A DNA stretch of 51,913 nt, counting the filler, from Streblomastix strix (taxonomy: Eukaryota): the NCBI GenBank assembly GCA_008636045.1. It is 2 parts of 2 records of this genome, joined end to end, with 100 filler letters (N's around TTAATTAATTAA, not from the genome) between each part and the next. Parts side by side here need not be neighbours in the genome. Positions count along the whole stretch, not along the records: positions 1 to 25,920 come from SNRW01000185.1; 1 more part is not named here. One strand, 5' to 3'. This document shows, one piece after another, positions 12,698 to 26,020 of the stretch (its first letter is position 1; every line of letters begins with the position of its first letter). The position numbers and the translations under genes are program-made. A model generated the notes under the pieces. The model had not been told where the DNA came from. It made no database searches and worked only from the letters and a program-made list of their open reading frames with translations.

Positions 12698-14061
12698 TGC
12701 CATCTGAATATATATAGTGTGAGTCTAACAAAATTAAGTAATAAATTTTAAATGAATTGCTTATATTATTATTAATTTATATTAATATATTGATCGTTTA
12801 TTATATATATATTCACATATTTTCAATAAGATAAAGAATAGATGGAAAGTAGTTTGACTCCAGAATTACCAACAATTCACTTCAACTTCTCCAAAACCTT
12901 TTCATATTTGGAACTCAACAAATACAGGAACTCATTCAGACATCAATTCCAACAGAAATCCGAATTAAATTGAAACTTGATAAAGATAATGAATATTATA
13001 AATAAGAATAATAACTTCTGAGTGCATTCATTGATGCAGAAGGAATGAAAGAATTAAAACAAATAAGAAAAATAATTGAAATTCGAGATAGAAGTGAATT
13101 AATTGAATTAATCAAAGCTGGATTGATGATTAAACTAACAGATGAACTGAATAAAACACTTGAAGAAAATGATTGTGAAGGAAAAAGGATTATAATAGCA
13201 GATATCCTTCATAGAGTGACATTTGATAATTCAGAAGCCAAACAGATTATAATTGATGAAACTAACTTTGCTGATAATTATCTTCGTTTTCTGAATAAGC
13301 TTCCACTGAACTAAATGTTTATTGAGCTTCTTGATGCATTATGGGAATTGTCAATAGTTCATCCAAGTGAATTGAAAAGAGTCTTGTTTTCAAAGGGAAT
13401 AATACAAACACTGATGAAGATTGTTTAATTGAAAGATATATTTATTAGATTGAAATGTGGACAAGTAATTCAGAATATCATCATTCAAGGATTAATTGGA
13501 TTGAAAATTGGAGATTAAAATCCATATCTGAAACCTTTGATTGATGATGGAACAGCAGAAATGCTCATTAAGATAATGAAAGATAAAGAATAATTTGATA
13601 TTCATTGGTAAACAGCACAGAATATTGCTCGTCTTTACAAAGCTCAACAAGTTCCTCAATTAATCAGCAAAGATGTTATCAAGTAATTGAAGAAGGATAA
13701 TGATTTTGAAGGACTCTCACTTATAGCAGAATGTCCAGATAACATCGAATTGATCCTTTCAAACAGCTTTGAAAAGAAAATATTTGAAAACAAAAGCAAA
13801 ACACTTGAATCACTTTAACTTATACATCTGATTCTTCTTAGATTAGAAGATAAAAAAATGAAAAAGAATCTTTCGATATCAATCAAACAAAATATTGAAA
13901 AGCTTACAGATGATTAATATTTAGAAGAATTGAGAGTTAATTAAATAACCAAGTGGAAATTAGAATAAAACGAATAAATAAAATCAAAAGCAATATAAAT
14001 AGTCTAAATAATAAATTCAATTATAAATGATAAATAAGAATATACATGCTAAATTCAGTGA
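12697..14061 (+). CDS. ARM/HEAT-like helical-repeat protein, probably 5'-truncated by the fold-back junction
   Basis: With TAA/TAG = Gln the frame 12832-14061 is open for ~410 codons and ends in TGA. Motifs include GLKIGDQNPYLKPL, IARLYKAQQVP and LSLIAECPDNIELIL. A probable intron lies at ~12717/12719 to 12830/12841. Confidence 0.85.
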
Positions 14062-15520
14062 AATTGATGATTGAATAATAATAACAATACAAGTTTAATC
14101 TTGAAAAGCAAAATTAATGATTGACAATATCTCTTATTCAACTCATACAAATTTTTAGTTTTCTTTCTTAATTTGTAACACCATTTCAAACATTATTTAC
14201 TTAATTTCATACTTCATCACATTTATGTTTCATTTACGAAATTGTAGTTTATTTCTGTAAATCATTTTATCATTTTTATCATATAATTTTCAGATTCATT
14301 TCATATTTTAAATTAATAGACCAACCTAATCTTCGAAAAAAATAAATTTATTTATATTTTTATAATAATTAGCTGAATTATTATACAATTATATTTTATA
14401 AGCTGAACAATTATATGATAATTCTTTGTTTACTTCATTCGATGAATAGTTGCACCACATAATGTAATTCAAATTCAGTGATCCCTCTAAGAATTTTTAT
14501 GTATTTGTAAAAAAAAATTGAATCCTTGCATTATCATAAATTTGATTATTAAAACTTTTGTATTATATTCTTTTTTTATCTTTTCTTCTTCTATTTCCTT
14601 CTTTTTATTCCCATATTCTCTTTCTTTTTATTTTATTTCCCGTCCACCTCATATTTATTCTCTCTCATTTCAAATTTGCGTCCATGCATTAACCAATTAA
14701 ATTCTGGCTGAGTTGCGGCAAAAAGCAAGGACGTTTAATGCCTAGAGGGAACACTGTTCAAATTAGGTGTATGTTCAACTGAACCGCAATTATAGTTTCA
14801 TAATATTGTTATTTTAATAATCAATTATAAAATATTTTTTATTTGACAATTTAAATGTTTTTTTTAAGATCGGCTATAATTATGAACATCTTAATTAGAT
14901 TCCTGCCCAACGGTACACACATTTATCTTATATATTTTATTAAAGGTAAACATAAAATAAATATAATAAGTAAAGAAATAATTGTATTTATTTTTTCCCA
15001 ATTGAAAAAATAAAGTGTTAAACGTTATTTTTTTATTCAATTCATTTAAAAATTTCTACTATATCACCAGACAGTTGTATCATTCTGACAGTTAACTTTA
15101 AGTATTCATCAAAATAAAATATATTTAATGTAAAAATCTATTAATCAATGCATTTTGTCATGTTTAAACACGATAATATGCAGGTTTTATGTTAAGGTGT
15201 CTCTATCTGCTGTGAGCGTCATAAAACGCATTAAAACACATAAATTTGCGTATATTATTGAAGATACGTATAAAGATATAATATTCATCAAATATTATTT
15301 CCATTCACAGGATCAATTTATAATATTTCTATTATTTTCAATATTTACCATATAATTTCGCCAAATAATTTTATAAATTCAATTATTTCATTATTTTTTT
15401 AAACATATTTGCTATTTAAATTTAATTAAATATATCGAAAAAATTTATTACCTTTGGGCACGAACCTAAATTATGGTGTCCGTAGTCAGTGTCGATTTAT
15501 ATAAAAATTTAAGAAATAAA

Positions 15521-17051
15521 TCTTTTGGTATATATATTTCAATTTTTGTTTAATAGCTGCAAATTGGTTGTATTTTATTATTTAATTGAGATATTTTTGA
15601 AAATTTCCCTTTAATTTCTGATTTATATATCATTTTCTAATCTAATGTTTTTGTTAACATATTATATTTGTTTATAACAACTTAATGAAGTTCAGCTTCT
15701 GACAATGAAACTATTGTTTATAAATTTTCTTCTTTTTCATCAATGATTTCAATCTATGAGTCATCTTCTTGTTCAGATTTGGAATGATCTATTGCTTTTT
15801 CTGTTTGCCATGATTTATCGAAACAATTTTGATTCTAAGATTTGTTTGTAGCATCCGATACTTGCTATAATAAGAGTGTTTCTTAAAAGCAAATCAATAT
15901 CTGTTTGCATTCCTGATTTTGTATCAATAAAAATTTTTGATTTAATTAAATATTTATATTAGTTAACAGTTGCATATATTTTTGAATCCATTGGTTAGAG
16001 GATAGAGGTAGTGTTGGGAGGCAAATAATTTACAGTTAATTTAGAAAGTTCATCAGCAAATATAAGAAGATATTAATAATTATTTACAGCAAAACAGACG
16101 TTTCTGTCATTTTTGATATTTTATTCATTTAATTCAGTAGAAATCCAGTAAAATAGTAATTAATTATTCCATGCATTTTTTATCTTTTACATCTGAATTT
16201 GGTAGATAAATGTGTTTTGAATGACTTAAGAACTTATGTTTTATCAATAATTAATAAGCTAAACTTTTCGTCTTGAACGGATGCACCAGTGAAAGCAGTA
16301 AGTCTACTTTTGGACTTTTTCTTACCGTATTATTTTTATCTTTTTTGTCCAAATGTAAATTCTCTATATATTTTGAAGTGATAAACAAATTCATCAAATT
16401 TCAGAAAATTCTTCTTTTTGAAAATTCAAATTAGTTCCGATAAAACATTAACTTTCCACTATTCTGCTGTTGAATAATTAGCAGAGAGTATATCAACAAT
16501 TATTTTTAATCTGGCAAATCCATGTCAATCCATCCATCTTTATTTGAATTGAACTGTTATTTCAATAAATTCTTTCAATTTATCCTGTGATTCAAGAGAT
16601 TATTTTTGTTATGATTCAGGAATTAATTTATATTATTATTTTGAGGTCTATTTGTCTAATGATTTTGAAATTAATTCAACTGGTTATAAAAAAATCTGCA
16701 ATATAAGATAATACTGATTATTACATTCGTTTCACATTAGAATAATTTTCTTAATATCATTCAGGTTCCCTATCTATTGAATTTTTTTTTATTATTGAAG
16801 AATTAATTTTTTCATTCAATTTGCAATTTCACACATCAAAAAATCCGTAATTGGAATATCAGCACATATTTAGTTGAATTCTCTAATATAAATTTAAATT
16901 GCTAGTTCCATTTCTAAGTTATTACCTGGTCTGTCCTTTAATTTATCTGAATCTATTCTTTAATTTTTATTAATTGAAATAATTTTCAATTTATCCACTA
17001 ATACTCCTTTGAATGTTTAAACTTCTATATAATTTTAATCAGCAAATTTTG
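15521..17051 (-). mobile_element. Mirror copy of the pogo/Tigger-type transposase remnant
   Basis: Reverse complement of 8870-10400. Confidence 0.8.
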
Positions 17052-20000
17052 CTCTTTATTTATCTTGATATTACAAATATTTTTAAATTTAATCATATTT
17101 TCTTAAAATGTTCTTTCAATTTATTTTCCTCTTTTGTTATTATGTGATTGACAAAAAGAAATAATGAAGGAAGTATATGGGAATTAACATCAAATAGATG
17201 ATCACTGAAGTGATTCGTATGAAATGAAATTATTAAGATGGATATTAAAATTACTTATATTAATTTAGATAAATATGATAAATAGTGAAGTGATTTATAC
17301 AAATAGAAATCAATTATATGAGTGTTGATATGATTTATTTGAATTGAAATATAAAAGATGAATATTGAAGTGATTTATACGAACTGAAATCATTTGTATG
17401 AGTATTGCAGATATATTAATGAATTGATTTCAATTAGATAAATAAAGAAGTGGATTATATTAATTAATATCATTTAGATGTTATTTATTTAAATATTTTT
17501 GAATTTTGAACTATGCAAAAAAAATTAAATAAAGAAATAATGCTTGATTTAATTTTAAATATATTTGATGATTACTAACTTCAACTGTAAATATTTTACG
17601 GAATATTATAATAAATTTGAATTAATATCTAAATATGTTAACACTTTGAGCCATTTTCATTTAAAGTGGAAGTTTCAAATATAGAAGGTAGTTGTTGCTG
17701 CTAGAACTTTTAACTATTAACTCCCTTTATATTAAGAACAATGACTGATCTTGATGTAGTTTCACATCGTGTCTTATCAAATTGAATCTATAATAATTTA
17801 TAACTAATTTTATAAAAATAATATAATTTTAAAGGAATAATGACAAATTTTTAACTATTTTTAATAAAATATTAATCCAATAATTATTATTTAATTTGAT
17901 CAAATAAATTTCAAATTTTGTGAACAAAAACTTTCGTATTTGATATAGAAATGCAGGATTTACCAATTGATTCTTCACTGAAATATAATATAATCAAAAT
18001 AAATTAAATTTAATGAAAATATATATAAAAAAATCTGTTTTAGTATAAAAATTTTCTAAAAAAAAATAAGCATAATTTTTTTTATTGTTTCTCTACAACA
18101 TAATATGATGACAACATTTTCAATTATAATATAATTTATTAAATGAAACATTTACATACCTTTAGAATTTCTCATGGAAACCAGAAATCGTTTACAATAA
18201 TATCTTTTGGCTTCTTTTTTAATTCATTAATATTATATCCCAAAACTGACAAACAATTTAGACCTTTATATTATTCTTAAATAATATTTTTTTAAAATAA
18301 ATAAATTATTAAAAAATTAAATTTAATAAGAATTAAAAAAATTTTGAAATTACTTATTAAAATCAAATTATTTTATGAAAACCACATATAGTTGTAGGTC
18401 TTTAAATTCAATATAAATATCGGCTTCAATTTTATTTATTGTAGGTTAAATTCCTATATTTATAAAAATATTTTAAATTAAAAAATGTAAAATTTTAATT
18501 CAATTTAAATTAAGTAATGAGAAATTTAAATAAAATATACTTCTAACTAGTAAGGTTCCATCTTATCTTCTATCATCATGTGTAGATTCATATGTATTAT
18601 CCAATATTTGCGAATAACTTGTAGTGATGTTTATCTTTCGCTCAATTTTTACGTAAGAAGGATAAACTTCAATAATGGTCCAAGGCTTTTTATGTAATAA
18701 TTTAAAAAAATTATTAATTTATAAAACTTTCTTAAGTTAAACATTTTCAGTAAAAAAGATTATTTTTTGATTTAAATTAAGACAGCAATAAAAATTTTAA
18801 ATTAAAGTATATAAAAGCTTAAATAATTTCAAAATTTCTTCGCATAATTAGATTTTATTAAAAAATTTCAATAATTTTAGCAAAATGTAAAATATTTAAA
18901 AATTTTATATTAATTATATATTAATTAAGATAATTTTTTAATTTAGTTTGAAGACAATTGTACATACTTATATAATTGAAATCAATGCAGATTCAAATTA
19001 TATTCTTTTACTTATAATTTAGATATATAATTATTTTATAAATATTATTTATTCCTACGAATACTTTAAATTTCGTTTTATCAAGATTTCTGAGATATTT
19101 TTGGCAAACGACTGAGTTAAGTGGTTATTGATATATTTAGACAAAAAAGATTATATTGATAATTTTTGTTATATTTGAAAAAAATATTTTTGAAAAATTC
19201 TAAATTATTCAAACAAAATTTAAATTTAATTAATCAAATTTTTAAATAAAAAATATTATTTAAAAAAATAAATTTTTTAAATTAAAAAATATTATTTAAA
19301 AAAATAAATTTTTTTAAATTAAAAAATATTATTTTTAAAATAAATTTTTTTTTATATTTTTATTGTTAAAAACATAAATAATTACACATAAACATATATA
19401 TGTAAATATTCATCTATTCTTCCTGATATGGCTGTTAGTCTTGCGATTAAGATGTTTATAGCAAACAGATATGACTTAATGTTGAAAATAAAAATTGATG
19501 ATGTAAATTATTGTCTATGTTAATAGATTATAATTTATGTCAATCTGAAATAAATCAAAGATAAATATAATAAATGAAGATATATAGAAAATAAATACAA
19601 TATTCTAAGATAAAATGAAGGTGTATATATCAATCTGATAAAAAATAAAGATGAATATATTAAATGAAAATTAATTAATAATAAATCAAATAAATGAAGA
19701 TGTATTGAAGATGATTAGAACAATCTGAGATGAAATATGGATGAATATAACAAGCTGAGATAAAATGAAAATTAATATAACAAATGAAGATGAATTGAAG
19801 ATGAATAAAATAATCTGAGATGATATATGGATGAATATAACAAATTGAGATGAAATGAAGATAAATGCTATAAATGAAGTTGTATTGAAGGAGAATAAAA
19901 CAATCCGAGATGAAAATTGAATGAAATAACAAATTGAGATTAAATGAAGATTATAAAATAAATGAAGATGAATTGAAGATGAATAAAACAATCTGAGATG

Positions 20001-22435
20001 ATATAGGGATGAATATAACAAACTGAAATGAAATGAAGATGAATATAATAAATGAAGATGAACTAAAGATGAATAAAATAATCTGAGATGAAGTATGAAT
20101 GAATATGACAAATTGAGATTAAATTAGGATAAATTTAATAATTGAAGATGTATTGAAGATAAACAAAACATCCTGAAAATGAATATAACTAACTGAGATG
20201 AAATGAAGATTGATTTAATAAATGAAGATAAATTGAAGACGAATAAAACAATCTGAGATGAAAAATGGATGGAAATAACAAATTGAGATGAAATGAAGAT
20301 AAATATAATAATGAAAGACGAAATGAAGATGAATATTAAAATCTGAGTTGAAATGAAGATTAGTTTAATAAATGAAGATGTATTGAAGATGAATATAATA
20401 AATGAAAATGAACTAAAAATATAAAACAGTACTTTTAAATATTATCATTTTTATTTTTTTTTGGCATCATATCATTATCCTGCCATGGCTATTAGTCTTG
20501 CGACGTGTATTTTTAGAAGAGAAAGAAGAAGAAGAAGAAGGAGGAAACTTTCTAGTAGACTTTTTGGAAGAAAAAAGTGAATCAGTGAACTTAGGAGAAA
20601 TTTTCTTTAGAGTTGGTTTAGGCGCTTTTTTGCCTTGTGTGGTTGTTCTTTCAACTTCGGTTTTTCTGATTTCGCATGTATCATAGAACCCCTTCTTGGT
20701 TTTGAATATATTTCTTCATTCGCTGGTAATTTCTTTTACTTCTTATTTTTCTTCTGTTGTTACACGTTTAATTTACTCTGAATCTTGATTCTAATCGTCA
20801 TCTTCTTCACCAAATGGCCCATTCGCGTCCTATTCAGATCCTGATTGATGATAATCATACTCTTCTTCATCTTCTAATTTATCATCTCTTTACATTCATC
20901 TCATTCTCTTACTATTGTGATTTTGACTTGATTTCTGTTTTTATTTTTCAAATCATTCTCTATTTTCACATTAGTTCTCATAAATTTCAGACTTGATAGA
21001 TGACTTTCTATAATCCTAAAATTTGCTGCTTGTACCCTATTCCTCACGGTTTTATTTTCATATTTTAACATGATCCGAGTTCGTTCTATTGGATGTCATT
21101 TTCCTCCAACTGGAACTTTTCCAAATACTCTTCCTATCATAACACCCATTCCTAAATTTTAATTTTTATGATTTTTAAACTTCAACCTATCTGCTACTGT
21201 TCCACTACACAATTGAGTAATGCTTGCACATCGGATTAATAATTTGATATTATTATATTTTTACTATTGAAGTAGAAATAGAAAACGATAATAAAATTAA
21301 TAAAAAATGTTATATTAAAATCTGTTCAAAAAATTTTCATTTCAAACGTATTTTGAACATTAAATTTATACGAATTTTTATTCTTACCATTAAATCTAAA
21401 TAAAATTATTATTAAAAGATTTATATTCTAAATAGAATTTAATACATTTCTTTATAGTTCGCTGACACTGATTATTTTTCAGGGTATAAATCTATCTTCC
21501 GATGTTGCATTCGCACCCATATTAGTCAGCTTTATTATGATGTAGCCAGTATAGTGAAGCAATATTATGATAAGAATTGTTTGCGAGCTACGTCATCAGG
21601 ATATATTCATTATTTTTACCATAATGTTTTGAAAATTTACTTTTTAATTAGAAATTTAATATTATTTATATAGGGTTATTTTATTTCAATAACCGGATAA
21701 TAATTAAAATGAGAGCTTTGGTTGCTGAGATATAGGAAGAGAACGTGTGCGAGTCTGAATCCGAGATCGAAGCCGAGATGGAGTTGTGCTTAGGTCTACA
21801 TATACCAGGTACGGTAAGTATTTCCCAACAAGAAGAGTTTTCTCCAACTGTAACATTTTTTAAAGATGACTAATCGCATCACAATTTTGAACAAGCCTTA
21901 CTCCAGCAGAAGAGCAAGTCCTTTCAACACAGTAAGTCCAATAAACAAAGATGATGATCATCTTCTCTGAAGGAGATGAAGCATGATCTGAACGGACGTA
22001 TAATCTCCTCCGAAAGAGATGTGAGCTCCATCTTTGTCCCACCCGTACATGGAAGTCCCACCCAGAAGAAGAAAAAGAGAAAGAGCAATAGGAAAGCAAC
22101 GAAATGAATGTTTTAAATTAGTTTTATTTTTATTTTATTATTACTACAACGTTAATCGTTTCATTATTTGCTTCGAACTGGGCCGATAGCACCCAGAGTT
22201 AAATAAATAAAGGTGTAGCTCATTTCTCTTTTTGAAGAGTTTGCATTGTCTAAGGGCAAGACTATTGGTTAGAATAAAAATAGTAAAAGACAAATTTTTT
22301 TTAAAAAAAATGTAATATTTTATTGAAATAAATTGATGAATTTAAGAATTTGAATTAAATATTATGATATAAACTAATTCGTTGAACAGTCACTTTTTTA
22401 CTTTATTCATATATTACACTTCAATGCATCATTTT

Positions 22436-23043
22436 CATTATTTCTTTAATTTAATAATTCATTCACTTTGATTTTCTACCAATGCCTAAACCTCCATCAG
22501 ATTGGATGATAGAAGTTCCTATGCTGATAGCATTTTGTTTGGATCCTGAATATATTATATTAATAGTAAACAAACAAATATACATTAATAATACATTTAT
22601 TAATATTTGTATTATATATTAAAATCACATTTAAATAATTTGTAATCATACAATAGTCAACATGGCAAGAATCATCTCTTTCAGATCACCATGAAAAATG
22701 CTTGGTATTTGGTTTATTTTGTTCTATTTTATGTTTCACACGGTTTCATTCATTGACATTCCTGCGTACAGGTGCGATCTTGTAATCATCTCAATTATAA
22801 TAACACCAAAAGACCAGACATCACTTTTAAAAGTCATACTGAAATATAATTATAAAAATAGTATTATTCTTGATTAACGATTAAAAATTGTATAATTTTA
22901 CGAAAATAGTAAACAAATAAAAATTATATATTTTTTTCCAATATATATATATTTTCAAAAATTCTTTATTTAACATCCATTAAATATTTATTTATCTTTC
23001 ACATACAGATTCTACGTTTAAGCTTTAAGATGAGAATAGCTCC
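22436..23043 (-). pseudogene. Mirror copy of the kinase fragment
   Basis: Reverse complement of 2878-3485. Confidence 0.72.
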
Positions 23044-25920
23044 TGCCAATATATAAAAATAATAAAGTAAATTTTTAATCTTCTTCTTATTTTGTTTCTT
23101 CTTTCTTTTCAACATTGCCCCAGTTATATTTTTTAGATCAAATTTTATCTCAAAAAGTGGATATATCAACAAAAAAAATATTTGTCTATCTTCGGAAATT
23201 AATTTGATTTGATTGATATTTTAAACGATTTATTGAACTTTCTAAACTTTTTTTGTATTTAATAACATAACATATTTCATCAATCTTTCAATATTCATTG
23301 TTCCCATTCACATTCAAAATAGCATTGTATATCTCAATTGACAACAATTAATATTCTTCATCTATTTATTTTTTATTCATTTTCCTTATTTCAATTTTAT
23401 CATAAAACTTTCATATCAATATTATTGCTCCAATTATTATCATTACCGTCATCTGAATCATCTTTCTTCCAATTCAAACAAAATCTATTCCTGAATTTAA
23501 TCCACTTTTCTTATAATCATGTTCTCATTATTATTCTTATTATTCTTTATGAGATGTTGCATCAGTAATTATCAGTTCTTTCATTTCATACAACATTAAG
23601 GAATATTAAGGATATTTTTCTGGTGTACTGAATAAATTTCTTTAATTAAGTTCTTTTTATAATTCCGATTATTCTATATTTTCTTTATATTATATTCTTT
23701 CATCTTAAACTTTATTTTTATTATCAAATGAGCTACTCTGGATTTACATCATTTTTTCAATTCTTCACAGTATCATCCATTCTAAATATGATCATATTAT
23801 CTGCAGAATCAGCCTATTTTTAATATTTAGATTTATTTTTATTATTTTTATATAGCATCCATATATTCCTATGATTGATAACAAATCATAATGAAATGAA
23901 TTTTCATGTTATCCTACATATAAACCATTAAATTTAATGGGTTGTGCCATTTCATTCTCATGATGCCATCTTCTGAAATTTTCTCGAGGCACTGTGGACA
24001 CCATTTAACGCCCCCTACTTCTGTGCATCTTCCTGATTATATTCATATTCAAATCCTTACTATTTTTTTGTTATTAAAAAATTTATTATTAGAATATTAT
24101 TTTTCTTTATAAAAAGATTCAAATTTCCAATATTGAGAAAAACTTTTAAAAAAAGTTTAATTTTCTCTTATAAATGATATTTATTCAATACATTTTAGCA
24201 TCCAGATAAAATTATTTGCAGTATTTTCTTATTTTCATATCTCAATATAAAGGAGAAAAAGGTGATTACGCGGTAAATGATTATTATCTAAGTCATCTGT
24301 ATTTCAACAATTTGAATTCTTAAAATTTTTTTATATAATTACATTTTTTAGTATGTTCAATTACTATTTTAAAATTTTCTTTAAATTTTCTCACTTCTCT
24401 ATCATAAGTGAATTTTTTATATTTTCTTTGATCTTTTCTATATCATAATAATTCTGTCCTAATCATACGTTTCTTCAACAATTTCTTTTTTATCATTGAC
24501 AGTAGGATCAAATTTGAGTTCAAGTGAGTCAATATAAAATTAACTCAGAATCTCTTTTTCTACTTTTTCTTTCCGTGTGTGTGTCTGTCTCTCACTTTAC
24601 AATTTTGTTGTTTGAACAAATGATAAAGAAGATATAGTTGAATTGAATATTTTGCTGCAAAATTTGAAATAAATAATTAAATAAAAATTTTATTACTTCT
24701 TTAAAAATCCTACATTTTCGGAGATTATTATAGTACATCTCCGTCGGAGAATCTTGCCTTCTTCTAAATTTTGAGATTGTCAAATAGGCTGTAAGGCCAT
24801 GGTGCTCCATTGAGCTACTCATCCCTATCGGTCAGCCTTTTGAAAAATAAAAAGTTAAAACAATTACACAATCCGGCAATATGAACAGCTTGATCTACGG
24901 AGACCTTCAAAATCGGTGGTTTTAGCTTTTTTGGCACCTTAATTTATATGTAGAGTTTCCAAAATTTTTTTAAAACGTAATAAAAGCCAGGACGATTCTA
25001 AAAAAGTATCATTCTGAATTTTTTATTTCACCAATAGATATTGAACAGCTTGTAAGCACCATGGCGGATTTGACGAGGGCTTGATGAATGTGAACTGGTT
25101 CATTTATAAACATGCAAAACACAAATAGCAAACATTAATAGTTTAGTAGTCCTTCTTGAGACAATTTGAAGTAGAATTGAAGCAGAATTCGGTAAGAATG
25201 CAATTTGGTGAAGATAAAAATCTCCACAGCCACAATAATCATGATTATGATCATGATTACGATCGTAGATATGATGAAGAGGATCGAAATAATAGGAGGA
25301 GTCAAGTTGATTACAGGAAAGGCTGAAAAAGAAGGACAGTTTATTTAAGAAAAGACTCGGAAAATAAGAAAAAAGACGAATGAGCACTGAGCTTATAATG
25401 CTAGATGGCAAGAAATGGTCAAAGGGAATTCAAAATTAAATATAATTAGTGATAGAGTTTTTGGGAAACAGTTCAACCAATAAACTGCTTCTCCAGCATA
25501 GTTATCAGCTTTAATATTATAATAAAAAATGTTATCGGGAGAATGAGTAATATCATACCAAGCTAAGATGAAGAGAACTCAATCTCCAAGATTGGTGCAG
25601 CCATAATCAATTAAGAAGAGTTGAATTTTGAGAAAAATACAAACTTATGAACAGAACAATAATTATTCCATTAATGCTATAATGAAGAATAATTTATTTA
25701 ATAATTATACCAATTAATGAATTCAGAAAACATACCAGAAATCGCTTAACTTAATGTAATCAGTATTGAATTGCAAATACTTTATTAAATGGACACCAAC
25801 AATGAATTAGTATATAAAATGCTGAGATTCATCAAATGGAACAGAATAACTAAATCTAAAATATGGATAACAATATGATGAATAGGATCAAAGAAAGATC
25901 TGACGCTATTCAACCAATGA

Positions 25921-26020
25921 NNNNNNNNNNNNNNNNNNNNNNNNNNNNNNNNNNNNNNNNNNNNTTAATTAATTAANNNNNNNNNNNNNNNNNNNNNNNN
26001 NNNNNNNNNNNNNNNNNNNN
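25921..26020. other. Artificial contig linker (44 N + TTAATTAATTAA + 44 N)
   Basis: The 12-mer at 25965-25976 puts TAA in all six frames, a standard concatenation spacer. The flanks should not be treated as adjacent. Confidence 0.97.

Larger units (their letters stand above)
13224..25920. repeat. Right arm of giant inverted repeat
   Basis: Reverse complement of 1-12697. It ends exactly at the contig end before the N linker. Confidence 0.97.
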
